Shown piece after piece: positions 1-13,130 of a stretch of DNA of 64,000 nt. The DNA is from Lama guanicoe. Taxonomy: Eukaryota. A program made the position numbers and the translations under genes. Within the stretch, counting starts at the first letter, position 1. The number at the start of each line of letters is the position of its first letter. The DNA lies in the NCBI GenBank assembly GCA_013239625.1, contig MU054120.1, positions 372,001 through 436,000 on the forward strand, read 5' to 3'. The notes beneath the pieces are model-generated. The model saw only the letters and a list, made by a program, of their open reading frames with translations. It was not told the origin of the DNA and ran no database searches.

Positions 1-376
1 GGGTCCCAGCGGAGGCAACAAGCAGGCTGCGACAGGCGCGTCTTTTTAGCCTCCCTGGCGCTTGAAAGTTCACAGCTAAACCCACGCCTTCTGTGTAAGG
101 TAAAGCCCAGAAAGCACAAACGTCAGCGGCACAGGTGTCTTTACGTTGCTTAGGACACTGTGTGAGCAACACACCAAAGGCGGACTTCTGGGGCCGCGGC
201 AACACCAGCCATGACCCTCCAAGAACGGAACAGTCGCCAAAGATAAGAACGGCCGGCCACTCTGCTGCTATCACCGCCGGCCCCCCGCCTGACTACACAG
301 TGTACTCGCTTCACCGAGGCGACAAACGCTGCATCTGACTGCTGGCCAGCCTTGGCACACACCTCTCTCCACATAC

Positions 377-405
377 CTGTTTTCAGTTCTATCAGGAAAT
401 TAGTC
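377..405 (-). other. Candidate 29-nt exon (probably 5'UTR)
   Basis: Minus strand: long AG-free pyrimidine-rich tract with branch-like cattgac, then tcttgtag|GACTAATTTCCTGATAGAACTGAAAACAG|gtatgt. Confidence 0.45.
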
Positions 406-1849
406 CTACAAGAGATTGTGGGGGAATAAAAAGGTAAAAGTCAATGTCGAGGGAAGGAAAATAAATTTTTAACTAGTGATCACCGGCATACCGGAAACAG
501 AAATCCCACTGTAAAACTGAGAAGTTATATGGTTGCGTGTGTTTTTATTTTCAGATTTCTAGGAACTTGGGAGAATCTGCAGGAATGTAGAGAGAGAGAT
601 GGCTGTATGGGCAGATAATATATAATTTTAAAAAACAGTTTGATTCTCTGATGAAATACAGCTTAAAAATCATGGCACTTCAACCACCTTAGATTATTCT
701 GACGCCTTTTAATAACATTAGGAGTGTATCAGAGCCACTTCTTTTGAAACCATTAATGATTGGATTATAAAAAAATGCTCCTTTTCAGGAGCCAAAACAG
801 TGTATATAGAAACTTCTCTCACCCTAATAGACTATTTGGGGCTATCATATTTGTTTAATTCTAGATTAATTAATAATTCTTAATAGGTTCATTTGGCCGT
901 AATCCTAGTATTTTCAACTTGAATCTCTAGCTCCACCTTTGTGGAAGAGGCCCTGTGCATACCAGGAATGCCTGATTTGCATAACTTCCCTTTGTCTGAA
1001 TTATTGGCCTTAGGCTCTTGGTTTTGGTTAAACTACAAGTTAAATACCATACATTGCCTAAGAAATAGGTGGCTTATGGTCTTAAACTGCCCATATTAAG
1101 TGTTCAATTAACAACAGAGCCTTTCCTGTTTTCCCCTTCAACTCTCTCCTATAAAATACCATTCAGTAGGCGGTAATAATACATGATAATTTCCCCACAC
1201 CTCCTTGATTGGATATCTTTTTGGAGTCAAGGAAGGGACACTTTAATTGCAAGGCACAAATTACATTCTCTTGTCAACTGTGAAGAAGTCCCACTCACAC
1301 TGTAAGAGTATTAGCCACGATAAACAAAACATAGCGTTCAATTCAACTGCCTCATGTTCTAAAACACGCAGTACCTCAATCACGTATTTTGATGTTGTCT
1401 TCCAATGAAAGAAATACATTTTAAACATGTATGCTGGAGTCTTCGAGGTGCTACCACTGAATGTCCCTGTTGCAATCACAGGCTATGCCAAAGAGCTAAA
1501 CTGCTTAGAATTGGGGATTCCTCAGTCCTTTGAAATGGGTTTAAGATGAACCCTTACACCAAATTTCAAGTCATAATGAAGTTATGGTATTTTGATGAAC
1601 CAGTTATTACCAAGATTTTTTTTTAGATGTGAATAGTTTTCCTTATTTAAGGTATAACTGGAGTTGAATATATCTGTTTAAAAAAGCATACTCGAGTACT
1701 CAGAAAAGTAAAACAATATTCAAATCCCAATTTATTTGAACATAATTCAATAGTGTTACCCGTGTCTACTTGATTTCTTGATACCAACATCAGTCCTACC
1801 GTATGCAGTTCACGGAGCTGAGGTTTTTGAAAGAAGGATTATGTTTGTG

Positions 1850-2195
1850 TGCTATGGTCTGAATGTTTGTGGCCCCTCAAACTCATGATCAAATCTTAAT
1901 GCCCAATGTGATGGTCACAGGAGGTGAGGCCTTGGTAAGGTGCGTAGGTCATAAGGGTGGAGCCCTCATGAATGGGATTAATCCTCTTTTAAAGAACCCA
2001 CAGAGCTCCAGAGTCCCTCCCACCACGCCAGGAAACAACTAGAAGTCTCCAGCCGAGAAGCAGGCTCTCACCCAATCACGCTGGGACCCCAGTCTCTGAC
2101 TTCCAACTTCCAGAACCATGACAAGTACATTTCTGTTGTTTACAAGCTGCCCGGTCTGCGGTCTTTGGTCATAGCAACCCGAACAGACTAAGACA
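1850..2195 (+). mobile_element. MaLR solo LTR (MLT1A/MST-like)
   Basis: tgctatggtctgaatgtttgt..ggagccctcatgaatgggatta..cttccagaaccatga..gactaagaca. 5-bp flanks ttgtg/atgtg. Confidence 0.88.
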
Positions 2196-4049
2196 ATGTG
2201 GAAGAGGGACCAAGGACAATTTTGTCAACATTTTTCTTGTCCTTTTAATTTTTTCATTTTTTTTTTTTGAGAGAGACTTCCAGGTGTAACTTTGATTTTT
2301 AAAAACTGACACATTTTAGAAAGACGGAATCCTAAGTATTTCTCTTTTATCTTCCCCATAATTTCTTTTCTCTATAAAACGTGTGTGCAAAAAGGGAGGA
2401 TTCTACCTCTGCCCGGGAAGAGTATATGGAACAGGGGGAAAAGTGTGCATTTTGGACGCAGACCTTTGTTATTGAACCCACATGGGATATCAGATGCTTC
2501 GCCTCCATCCTAAATGAGTGACAACGATGCCAGATGCCCAGGTTATAGGACTGTTGGGGTTGTCAGATAATGACTTTCAGGATTATGTGAGCTGGTACGC
2601 ATCAAGCCCACAGCCTTGCCTCTGACACACAGCCAGCACCAAGGATGACGTGTGCTTTCTCCTTCCCCTTTTCCAATTCCAAAAATCTGAGTGTGTAAAT
2701 CCTTACGACACCAAGAGAATACCAAAAAATCACAGCTTTAAATTTAGATTTCATACACCAGCATTCAGTGTCTGAATACACAGCCGAGGAGGCTTCAGCA
2801 GGATTGTTTCAAGACAAGAGCTAGTAAGAGGCATAAGAATATGTGAAATAATTTAAAATAGATCATAGATTGAGAAAGTTGGATGGAACATTCACTCTAA
2901 ATGAAAGTGAATGATCAAACTGGCATAATAATTTTGATCATCGATACCGAAGTATCCCAATGAACAGTAATAATTAGGTTTCTAAACATTTAAAATAAGA
3001 TTTTTTTTTAAATTGGTGATATAGCTATAGAAGAGTATACTCCCTTTTTTTGGAACATTTGAAAACAAATGTAGATAATGGGCCACATAGCTTACTGAGA
3101 TAAGAGTAATAAAACTGTATCATTGACAAAAAAAAACCCCTTAAAACAAACATTTGCATGTGTCCTTATCAAAGTATTTTTTTTCTTAAATTATAGCATG
3201 TATTACTAAGAAAATTAACGATAAAAGAGGAACTAATTTTTAGATGAGCTTAAGAGCCGACATCTATAAATCTTCCCGTAGCAGGCAACTCCTGGGTGTA
3301 ATTAATGTTCTCCCCAGGGCACAGTGGCCAGGACTCTCCACAGAGATGCTAATGTGACCCATGGGGACGGATTTATATTTTCTTATACTCCCTGAGGCTT
3401 CTTCTGAATCATTCACCTTTTCCTATCTACTTACTATGTTGTCATATCAATTAGCGACATGCAAATATTCCTGCAGTATCTGCTGCTTTTTAAGTTCTGA
3501 CGTAGAAACTGGTGTTAAGTTGCATCAACTCTGTTTTTCTTCGGCAAGGGTCCGTGGCTTTAGGAAAATGCATTCTGGCATTTTGTGGCTACACTGAAGA
3601 CACCAGGCAATAAGTAACTGGGGCCTATATGAATATTAAGAAGGGGTACTATGCAAAAAGGAGGGGAAAAAAAGAGGACATTACAAACAACTGACCATTA
3701 ACTAAGAGCTATGGACAGAAAGTGACAGAAGCAAGAGAAACAGAGAGAAAGGATACAGAAAGTTCACATCCAATAAAATACCAGTATTTTCAATAAAAAT
3801 CTGTAGAAGAATTTGTAATGAAAGCCAGCAAGTTTTATAAAAATATGGCACAATGTTTTCAAAAGAAAAGAAGTCACATAATAGAACAAATTAGCAAATT
3901 CACTTTTTAAAAAAATTTCTGAAAATCCATTTTTGTCTATGTCCTAGCTCCAAAAGTTCCTCTTTTTAAAAAAGTCAATCTCTTGGTCATATTAGATAAA
4001 AACGGTCTATTTACCATCATTGCCGTCTAAAGGCAATTATTTGTTCCAT

Positions 4050-4200
4050 CTGTTCCTTAGTGTTCTCTTCTGTAAAATGGGAATAATAACCTCTACCTCA
4101 TTGGGCTATTGTAAATTTTTAATGACATTAAGTACAAAAAGCCCTTGACACAGCGTTGACACTTAGCTGTGTGCTCCATAGCTGGTGTGGTTTTTATTAT
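4050..4200 (+). mobile_element. MIR SINE fragment
   Basis: ctcttctgtaaaatgggaataataacctctacctcattgggctattgt. Confidence 0.8.
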
Positions 4201-4729
4201 AACTAGTCATTAGCAAAATGATTAATATATGTCCAGCATGCGTGTATTTTAAGGAGGTAGAGATAAGATGTGAGAAAAAGATAAAATTCTCTGTCTTCAA
4301 CAGAAAATAATCAATTTTATCAAGTGAATAAATGCTCTAGATCAGTGATCTTCCACAGGGACTATCATTTAGTCTCACAGATCACTGAGTGAAACAAAAA
4401 TCTTTTCTTTCACCAACTGATTCAAACATCTCAACAAGTTTAAAAATCACAGTTCTCGATGGATACTTACAAAAGGGATACTCAAAGACAAATGGTTTTA
4501 ATAGTATATGAATCATATACAGTAATATGATCCTCAAACTCCAGCACATTTGTATTTAGCCATGAGTTTTTTGCTTTTACTTTTGAGTTTTGTGGCACTT
4601 AGAATGACCATCTCCTCGTTTCACTTAAAGGCTATCCATCTCTCAGCTCCAAAACATTTCCACTTCTTTCATTAAAGCCTTTGATTCTTCCATTACATAG
4701 TAAAGTCTCCTTCTTCTGGAATCCTAGAG

Positions 4730-5448
4730 CAGGAGTCAACAAATATTTTTCTCTAAAGTGCCAGACACTAAATGTTTTAGGATTTGCAGACTTAAGTCAC
4801 AACTACCAAACTCTATCTGTAGTAGGCAATTAGCCACAGAAAATATGGATAAAGAAGTTGTGGTATATTTATACAATGGAATATTACTCAGCCATAAAAA
4901 GTAATAAAACAATGCAGCAACATGCATGGACCTAGAGATTGTCATTATAAGTGAAGTAAGCTAGAAAGAGAAAGAAAAATACCATGTGACATCACTTATA
5001 TGTGGAATCTAAAAAAAAAAAAGACAAATGAACTTATTTACAAAACAGAAACAGACTCAAAGACTTAGAAAACAAACTAATGGTTACCAGGGGGAAAGGG
5101 GACAGGATAAATGGGAGTTTGAGATTTACAGATACTGACTCCTATGTATAAAACAGATAAACAACAAGTTTATACTGTATAGCACAGGGAACTATATTTA
5201 ATATCTTGTAGAAATCTATAAAGAAAAAGAATATGAAAACAAATATACGTATGTATTATGTATGACTGAACTATTTTGCTGTACACCAGAAATTAACACA
5301 ACATTGTAAAAAACTGACAGTATTTCAATTAAAAAAAAGGAAGAAAAAAAGAGAAAGAAATGGGTGTGTCTGTACTCCAGAAAAACTTCATGAAAACAGG
5401 TAGCAGGCTAGATGTGGCCCAAGGGCGATTTATAGTGTGTCAGCCTCT
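4730..5448 (+). mobile_element. MER58-type hAT-Charlie MITE, split by the L1 insertion
   Basis: Left arm caggagtcaacaaatatttttctctaaagtgccagac..agccacagaaaatat. Right arm aatgggtgtgtctgtactccagaaaaactt..gatgtggcccaagggc..gtcagcctctg. Imperfect 8-bp flanks containing TAGA. Confidence 0.8.
4847..5358 (+). mobile_element. 5'-truncated L1 (ORF2 end, 3'UTR, A-rich tail) nested in MER58
   Basis: ggataaagaagttgtggtatatttatacaatggaatattactcagcc (ORF2 C-terminus), L1 3'UTR and A-rich tail. Confidence 0.88.
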
Positions 5449-6369
5449 GTTGTAGACAATCACTGCTCTCTTGTCATTTTATTTTGATGCTTGATCCCAC
5501 TCTGGATTGTACCTTTAACTGCACGTGCACAGAGAATGTCTCTAAAATTACAGTCTCCTCGGGGGGTCAGGAAAGATGTCTTAAACATAAACTTTTCAGG
5601 CTTCTCTTCAGAGTACATCATAGAGCAATGCTTAAGTATTTCCTGGTTGAGCTGATGTAAGATACGGGAGCAAGACTTCCTTGCCATTAGCATCCTACCT
5701 GCATTGAAACAACTACCGAGATGCTGACTCTAGGGGTTCTCTAATGGGCAGCCTCACCTTCCAGAGTCTTTCTCTGGAAATGAATACAATCTATCCTACT
5801 TGGTAATAAGGAGGAACAGACATCCTATTTCTAAAAGATCAGGCACATAGGAATCACTTAAATGGTATCAATAATTATGTTGGCATATGTTTGTACCTTG
5901 ACATGAACAAATATCTCTAAGTTGTGATAATAGAATGATTACAGTCTTTCTCCTGTCACAGCTTTTACATGTGCTTATGTGCACTACTAATCCTAAGTGG
6001 AAAATAAGGAATTCCCGTTTTAAAATTCCCTCGGGATATAGTCCTAATGGACATTATTAACTGTGGCTAAGTGAAAAATCCAGCACTTTTATATTTTGCA
6101 GCATCAAAATCTGTGTTGAGTGACTTCTTATTCATGCCAAACACCAGAGTTTTGCCTACATGGGACAGACCCACATCATTGTCAAGTCAATGACTTCTTG
6201 TTATTGTTTTATAAATCTCCTATTTGGCTCAGGCTGTGAACAGTAACATAATTTGTAACTATTTGTGCACTAGAGAAAATTCGTCAAGAACAAAGAGACT
6301 CTGCCTCAAAATGCACCAAAAATATTGGTAGAGATAAAAGTAAAATGATTATGATTACCACTTATAAAT

Positions 6370-6550
6370 TCCCCACATCACTTATGTACTCGCCCACATC
6401 CCCATGATATAGGTTTTACTGTTTCCGTATTTAAAAATGAGGAAACTGGGGCTCTGAAGGTTTATATATCTTGATTTTGGTTAAACAGCTAAGACGTGGC
6501 TAAGTCAACATTCCTTTGAGGTCTATCTATCTATCCACAAAGACTCTGAT
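6370..6550 (-). mobile_element. MIR SINE
   Basis: aaatgaggaaactggggctctgaaggtt (antisense core). Confidence 0.75.
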
Positions 6551-7299
6551 CCAATATGTGACACCAAGATGGAGAAAAAAAAGGGAAAGAGAAGAGACAG
6601 AACTACAGAAGGAGACAGATTATAGAGTGAAGACGACACTGAAGGTCTACAAACAGTTGACTGAAGGACATAAATTGCTTAACCTTCCTTTAAGAATATG
6701 TTCCATCATTTGGATGACTCAAGACTGAAAGGAGTTTACCTGTTTTATGCACAGCCATCTCTAACATCTCAAACGGTGTCTGGAGCACCGTGGATGAATA
6801 AATAGATTTTATTAAAGGTTTACATTCTCCAGCTTGAAATATGTCAGAGGCTTTATTCAAAACCCCCCTTCACTGCAGATCTGACGTATACACATCCATA
6901 AAAATTCTCCAGACCCTACTGTATTTATGTCCCCACTGGGGTATCCACAGGAATCCCACCACCCCATGCACACTGCACCCCCACCATCTTGCTGCCTGCA
7001 CTGAAAGAATAATATCTTGGATTTACCCTTTCTCTAATCCTAATGGTTCTCCAGCGTCCCTGTGTCCATAAGCAGTAAGAGGTCATTACTTTCTCTTAAG
7101 CTTCTTAGTTTGGTTCCAGATATTTCCTTCAAATAGTAAAGAAGTCTTATCATTCTGCTAACTCTGTGTTTTAATAGATCAAGACCCATTATACTTGACT
7201 AGTCTTTTTATTCCCCCAACATTTCTCAAACTTCCTTCCTCTAGAATCTTTTAAGATCCACTCCAAAATTAAACATTTTCAAATACTAATACTGAGAAG

Positions 7300-7515
7300 G
7301 TGTATTGTGGTTTATGGATTCAAGTCCAGACTCTCCACTGGTAAGATGTACAGACCTTGGGCAAGAGACTTAACCTCTGGGCCCTAACTCCTTCTTCTGT
7401 AAAATGAGGCTCATAATAATGCTTCCTCATAAGATTAGGAGGATTAAGTTTACTTCAAACGTGTAAAATGAACATTTAGAACGATGCCTGGCACAGAGAA
7501 GTATTCAACAAAGAC
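7300..7515 (+). mobile_element. MIR SINE
   Basis: gaccttgggcaagagacttaacctctgggccctaactccttcttctgtaaaatgagg core. Confidence 0.85.
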
Positions 7516-8569
7516 AAACTATTTGTACCCAAAGGTGATCTCTATAGCTTTCCCTAATAGCCACTTCTTTTGTCCAGCACCTCTAAACTCATTTATTACA
7601 TGCACACATACACATGCAGCATGGCTGGTGCTTAACATGCTTTTCTGACAGCATTAACCTACAAAGGCACATAGCTTTACTGGGGGGCTAATTCTAACTG
7701 TAACCAAAATTTAAAGTGAGCTTTTTTTCTCTCCTTGTCTCCATGATTTATTCATTTATTCATTCATCACACTAAGGGCCATAGAAAGAAAATGTTTAGC
7801 CCTGAGATAACCGTGGCTTCTTCCAAAGGTGGATCCCTCTCTATGCCTTTATTTTGCACCTTCTGACTTCTTCTGGAAAGAGATAATGCTGATGTCCAGT
7901 TGGATCATGAACAAGGGTTCAAACATTTATATTCACAAACAACCATTTTCATCCTTCAACTATTTTGTGTATTTCTGGACTTTCCTAAACTTGAATGCCT
8001 CCAGAAACACAGCAGCCTTAAAAAAGAGCTTAACCAGATTATGTAAGGAACAGGCAGAAAAACAGAATATATTAAATTCATAGAGAAAACAGAAGACATG
8101 TGAACTGTCACCACATATGTACAGACTGTCAATCAACACAGAAAAAGATTCATTTTGTGTGGCCCCAGAAAGCTGAGTAAGGACCCTAGACAGAAATAAG
8201 AAGAATGTAGTCACAACTGGAACTGCCTTAAAAAGAGCAGGCTGCCTCAGTGTGCATACTTAGAGTAAACAATAGATGGTAGCAGATTGAAGATGCTGAA
8301 GAAACAACACATAAAAGCAGAAACAGATGTCCTCTAAGTCCCATGCAACTCTGTAACCCTGCAGCATGCTAAAGGAGGTGTAAATAAGGGTATATTATTA
8401 TTCCTGACATCCAGAACCGTGCAGTACATAGAGCAATTGAAGACATACAAATGCAACTATAATACAATGTTCAAAACAAATAAACAGATCACAAATGCAA
8501 TGTTTCTAAAATTTTAGAAAAGCTTCCTCTACCTATTCAGAGGCTTCAGAGGAAATCTGAATGTGCTGT

Positions 8570-9560
8570 TTCAGCTCAGCTTTGAAGGTTAGAGCTAGGC
8601 ATTGGGAACAGCAGGAGGTTAGAGCATTTTAGGATGAAAGAAAAGCATGACCAAAGGCATGGTGGCAGGAAATAGAATGAAGATAAATGAAGCACAGGGA
8701 ACAGCTCAATTTGACTCAAGGATGGTGGCCGTGGGAGATGAGCCTGGAAAAGCTTGTTGGAATTACAGGGACCGAGATGTTGGTCCTTAGACCCCAGTAA
8801 TAGGAGTCACTAAAGTGTTATTAACACGTAGGTAAGGGAGGTGTCCTTCAGTTAGAGTATCTGTGGCATGTACAGAATTAACTGGTACAATGAGGGTCAG
8901 AGGTGAGGAGACAAGTTAAAAGACTATGCCATGACTCTAGACAGCATGTCACAAGTGCCCGAGCTCTGTGCCAGCACCAGAAAAGAGGAAACTGGGGAAA
9001 GAAGCATTTTGGATGTACAACTGCCAGGTCTTAACAACTGGCTGTAAGACATTAGGCTGCGGGGAAGAGGGTCTCAAAAGCTTCTAGGTGAGAATGCTAA
9101 GACCATTAAAAGCAACGGGGGAAACAGAGGAAGGCAGACAGAGTTCCGAAGGGACTTCAGGGTGCTGGTGATGTCAGCAGCACAGAAGAGGGGAGCTGTC
9201 CAGCAGGAACTTGGAAAGGACTGCCAGCAGCTTGTGTGAAGGTCGGGGCTGAAAACAATGACCTGGGTGTTACTCCCACTGAGATGGAAGTACAGGCCAA
9301 GAGAGGATGAGCTCTGCCAACGGGCAGAACACAGACCTAAGAAGAACTCAAAACAGAAATTGAGGAACATATACTTGAGTAAGAGATGAAAGGAAAGCCC
9401 AAGAAGGAGCCTCAAAGGAGCAGTCAGGGAAGTAAGAGGGGCACAGGGAGCACACGGAAGCCAAGAGAGGAGTTTAAGAAGCAGCAAGTGCCAACATTGC
9501 CAAAGGCTGTTGACAGTTTGGAGCAAATGAAGATCTGGAGTCTCAGAGGTCAATTATAAC
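8570..9560 (-). mobile_element. Degraded L2 LINE
   Basis: GA-rich antisense L2-like motifs (agcatgaccaaaggcatggtggcagga, gaggagacaagttaaaagactat, ggaagccaagagaggag). Confidence 0.65.
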
Positions 9561-11269
9561 CTGATTATGAGGTACTGTACAAAGAAGAACTCATTCCTTC
9601 AAATCAAAGTATTTCCACACGAAATTACTCTTTTTACCCCAGAAGAAAAAAAAAAAGAATTTCTTATGTGAAGATACGCCAATCTCAAGGATACTTTCCT
9701 AAAATATTCTCTGTTTGATCCTGTTGGCCAATAGTTTTCAACCACATCTAGTACCATTCTTCTGAAAGGTATATTAAGTATTACAAAGCATTTTCAACAA
9801 TGACGACTGAGGGGAAGCTATCAGCGTGTGGAGGACCGGGGCTACAGACACTAAATGTCCTGCAGTAGAAGAGGCATTCTTACACCATGCAGAGGTGCCC
9901 AGCCAAAAATGCTAATACTGTCTCCTTTACGAAACACCGTCATGTGAAAGCACCTGTTGCATATTTGAGAAAAACTGATACAACTTCTGAAATTTTGGAG
10001 AATCAATTTTTTAAAAAGACAAATATCTTTAACATAATTCATCCTTTAGAAGCTTTTCAAGCAAACGCATGCCTTTTTGTTCTACCGTTTATTCATATCT
10101 AGTCTAGTTCCAAAGGAGACAGGTCTTCAAGTAAATTTCTCAGTAGGGCAACTTCTTCTTATAGTTTCTAATCCTTCTTCATATTAGTTCTAATCAGAGT
10201 CTGTTAAGGGGTGTAGATGATTGAGAAGAATGCTATTCATTTTGTTACTTGGTGAGGGAACAGCCAATGTTTGAAATACAATACTTCCTAAAAAAAAAAC
10301 CAACATTTTATACAGCTCTTTCTCTAAAAAAATTTTTCTGTGTTCACTAGTCATACTCAGTATTTTCAATTGAAAATTTCTGTTTCAATGCTAAATATTA
10401 CCAAACATTAATCACCAGTTTAGATCACTGAACCACACAATAGGTCAATTTTTGTGGGGCTATCCTAGCTGTAAAAACTTTGAACAAAAAGTATCTTTAC
10501 AGGAGAATCTCAATGCCTTCACCTAAGTGTTTCATAGGATTTCCATGAAGTCATTTGGAATTTCAAAAAATATTAATATAAAATACTCCAAGTAGGTAGA
10601 TTAGGCCCCTGGGTTCATCACTGAAGGGACCAACTGAGAAAACGAAGCTTTCTCTGTCAGTTAAAAAAAAAAAGATCTGTTACTCATTAAGTAATGTGAT
10701 TGTTTCCCAACTCATTTCCCAAACACTATGAACCAAATAGTTCTGAGAAAGCTGGACAAACAAGGATGATCTCTCAGACAATGAGTCCATTTAATGGCTT
10801 ATTACGTAATCCAGCACATCTAATGAGAAATGTGGCTTTCCAAAGGGCTCCCAAAAATCTGTTAAGAAGAATAGGCCAGTGATTCGTGTAACAACATAAG
10901 GCCTTAAGGCCAAATATTTAATGCCTGACAGGAGCTACCACGTATTGAGTTATTTCTATGCATGTGCGTGGCCCAGTGCCAAGCAATGCGGGCCAGGGCG
11001 TAGAAATCCTCCAGAGGCCCTCACTACCCTGTCCTCCCCTGTCCTCAGGGCACAGTCTGCGAGGGATTCCCTGCCAGATGTAGAGCTGTAGGCAGGAAAG
11101 GGGGCTCACTCTTTCCTTCTTTGTTTCTTCCTCCTTCCCTCCACGTCTATCTCCCTCCAGGCTTCCTTTATTTTTTTCTATAATCAAGCCCTCCACGTGC
11201 CAGGCACTGCACCCGGAAGGGAGAACACGACAGAGCCCCCGCCCCATCCAGCTTCACGCAGCAGAAGCA

Positions 11270-11510
11270 GGACTACCGAGTGACTGGTGACAGCCCAGCA
11301 GCCTGCCTGAGTGCCTGCCCAGCTCAGCCACTTGCTCGCTGTGCAACGCGAGCGTTACTTACATCTCTGTGCCTCAATTCCCCTTCTGTGATAGTGGATA
11401 TTGACAGACCCACCGCACAGGACTGTGCAGGGGATGAAAGGAGTCAACAGACAGAACGCAGGCAGCACAGAGCCCGGAACACGGTGTGCACTGTAAACAT
11501 GTTGTTACAG
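11270..11510 (+). mobile_element. MIR SINE
   Basis: ttacttacatctctgtgcctcaattccccttctgtgatagtgg core. Confidence 0.75.
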
Positions 11511-12009
11511 ACATTATGCTCCTGGGCTTCTCCAAGTGGATTAGTTTGTCCAAAGTGCAGAAGAAAGCTGCTGCTCAGTCTCTTTTCTCAAAAAACCAGA
11601 GATCAGATCTTTGGCAAAGATATTCTTCAGGGATGTGATGTCCCGCCCTAAGAGCAAGAGAAAATCCCCCACTGTCTGTGCATCACTCTCCAAAGGCCCT
11701 ATGAGTGGGGCTGCACACCAGGTTTCTGAGGCAAGGTGCCCTTCTCAAATTTGCCTTTTAGCAGACCTCACGAACATTTCCTACAATTGCTACACCCTCT
11801 TCAAATTATTTGGGATATATGCCTCTTCCGTGGAGAAGGAAACTGACTGAAGGCAAAGAGGACAGGAGAAAGAAGGTCCTAGATGACTAGATGTGAGTTT
11901 TTTGAAACTAGATTTCCAACCTCATTCATCTTGGAAACTGCAATCCAGTGTTTGGGGTGATTTTAGGAGTTCAAAAACAGCCAGTTTATATTTTAGGTGT
12001 TTTCCATAC

Positions 12010-12170
12010 ATCTTATTCCTCACAATAGCACCTCAGGGCAGGCATTACCAATCCCATTGTATGAATAAGAAAAACTGAAGAGGAGACTGTTAAATAATTG
12101 CTCAGCCTCACCAAAATGCAGAACTAAGCCTGAAATCTAGGTCTAACTCTAAAGGTAGTTACTTTTTTCC
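12010..12170 (-). mobile_element. MIR SINE
   Basis: cccattgtatgaataagaaaactgaagaggag..aaataattgctcagcctcac. Confidence 0.7.
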
Positions 12171-12454
12171 ATGTGACGGTCTCAAAAAAAAATGTTTGGT
12201 GAATGAATATGAAATGAGAAGCAAATGCAGGAGGCTTCTTTTATTCTAGATCCATGATCCAAGTATAGAACTCTGGATAAAGGGTATTTCTTTAGGTCTC
12301 TTTGCCCTCCTTCCCTTTAGGAGGGCTCCAGGCCAAAAACAGAAGCCAAATACTGTAAAAGAGTAAATGCACGTCTAGAAATAAACAGCATTTACAGGAG
12401 GATGTACTAACTTGAGACACTGGGAAACAAGTGTTAAAATTTCAGATCACTTAC

Positions 12455-12471
12455 CAGTATTAACACTGTCC
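12455..12471 (-). other. Candidate 17-nt microexon
   Basis: Minus strand: tactgctttttccccctag|GGACAGTGTTAATACTG|gtaagt. Both splice sites are near consensus. Confidence 0.35.
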
Positions 12472-13094
12472 CTAGGGGGAAAAAGCAGTACAGAACTGCA
12501 AACTGCTCATGTGAATTTTGCAAAAACTAGTTTCTGACTTTATGGGTTGTTACACAACACACTGAGTTGCTTAAGGTAATCTTTCCCTTTCACTGAGATC
12601 ATTCAGTTGCCTGCTGACTTAGATTGCTTTCAACGCAATGTGCTCTCTCAGAAGCAGAAAGCAGAGCTAGGGTTGCCTTACCAGGGCCAAATAAGGGTCA
12701 CCTTGTTCAACCCTCATCTATTCTCTGCAGCCACCGCCCGGCTCTAATTTTTCAGCCACGCTCCTCCAAACACACACTGAGTTCTTGTGGTTCCAATGAC
12801 ACAACACATACAGGCTAACGCGTCTGTGGGAAGTTTGCAACCCTCCTGAGTTCCAGTGTGGCTTTAGCCAGAAAGCACGAGATGCCAGCAAAGGGCATCT
12901 AGTGTCCACTGTTTTATGTTTTATTCCTCTCCTGCGTCCCTTATCAGACCTGGGAACGAAGGATGATACGAAATATTAGCTTTCCTGCTATCACCATCCT
13001 GCTCTCACTCAACCCAGCCCACTCGGTCCTACTCCAGGAAGGGGAGGCTGAGGTACTTGCAGAGAAACCACTCATTTCCTCTCCTGTGGGGGGG

Positions 13095-13130
13095 GTGTGT
13101 GTGTGTGTGTGCGCGCGCGCGCGTGTGTGT
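13095..13130. repeat. (GT)n(GC)n(GT)n alternating purine-pyrimidine tract, Z-DNA prone
   Basis: 36 bp of uninterrupted alternation including a (GC)6 core. Confidence 0.9.

Noticed and set aside
1260..10000. Further minus-strand exon-like segments with GT donors (about 1265-1299, 2707-2771, 3435-3593, 4471-4724, 9884-9986) as remains of a coding gene
   Set aside because: Several have in-frame stops, the peptides were not recognisable and the phases do not chain convincingly. They could be chance splice motifs or non-coding exons.
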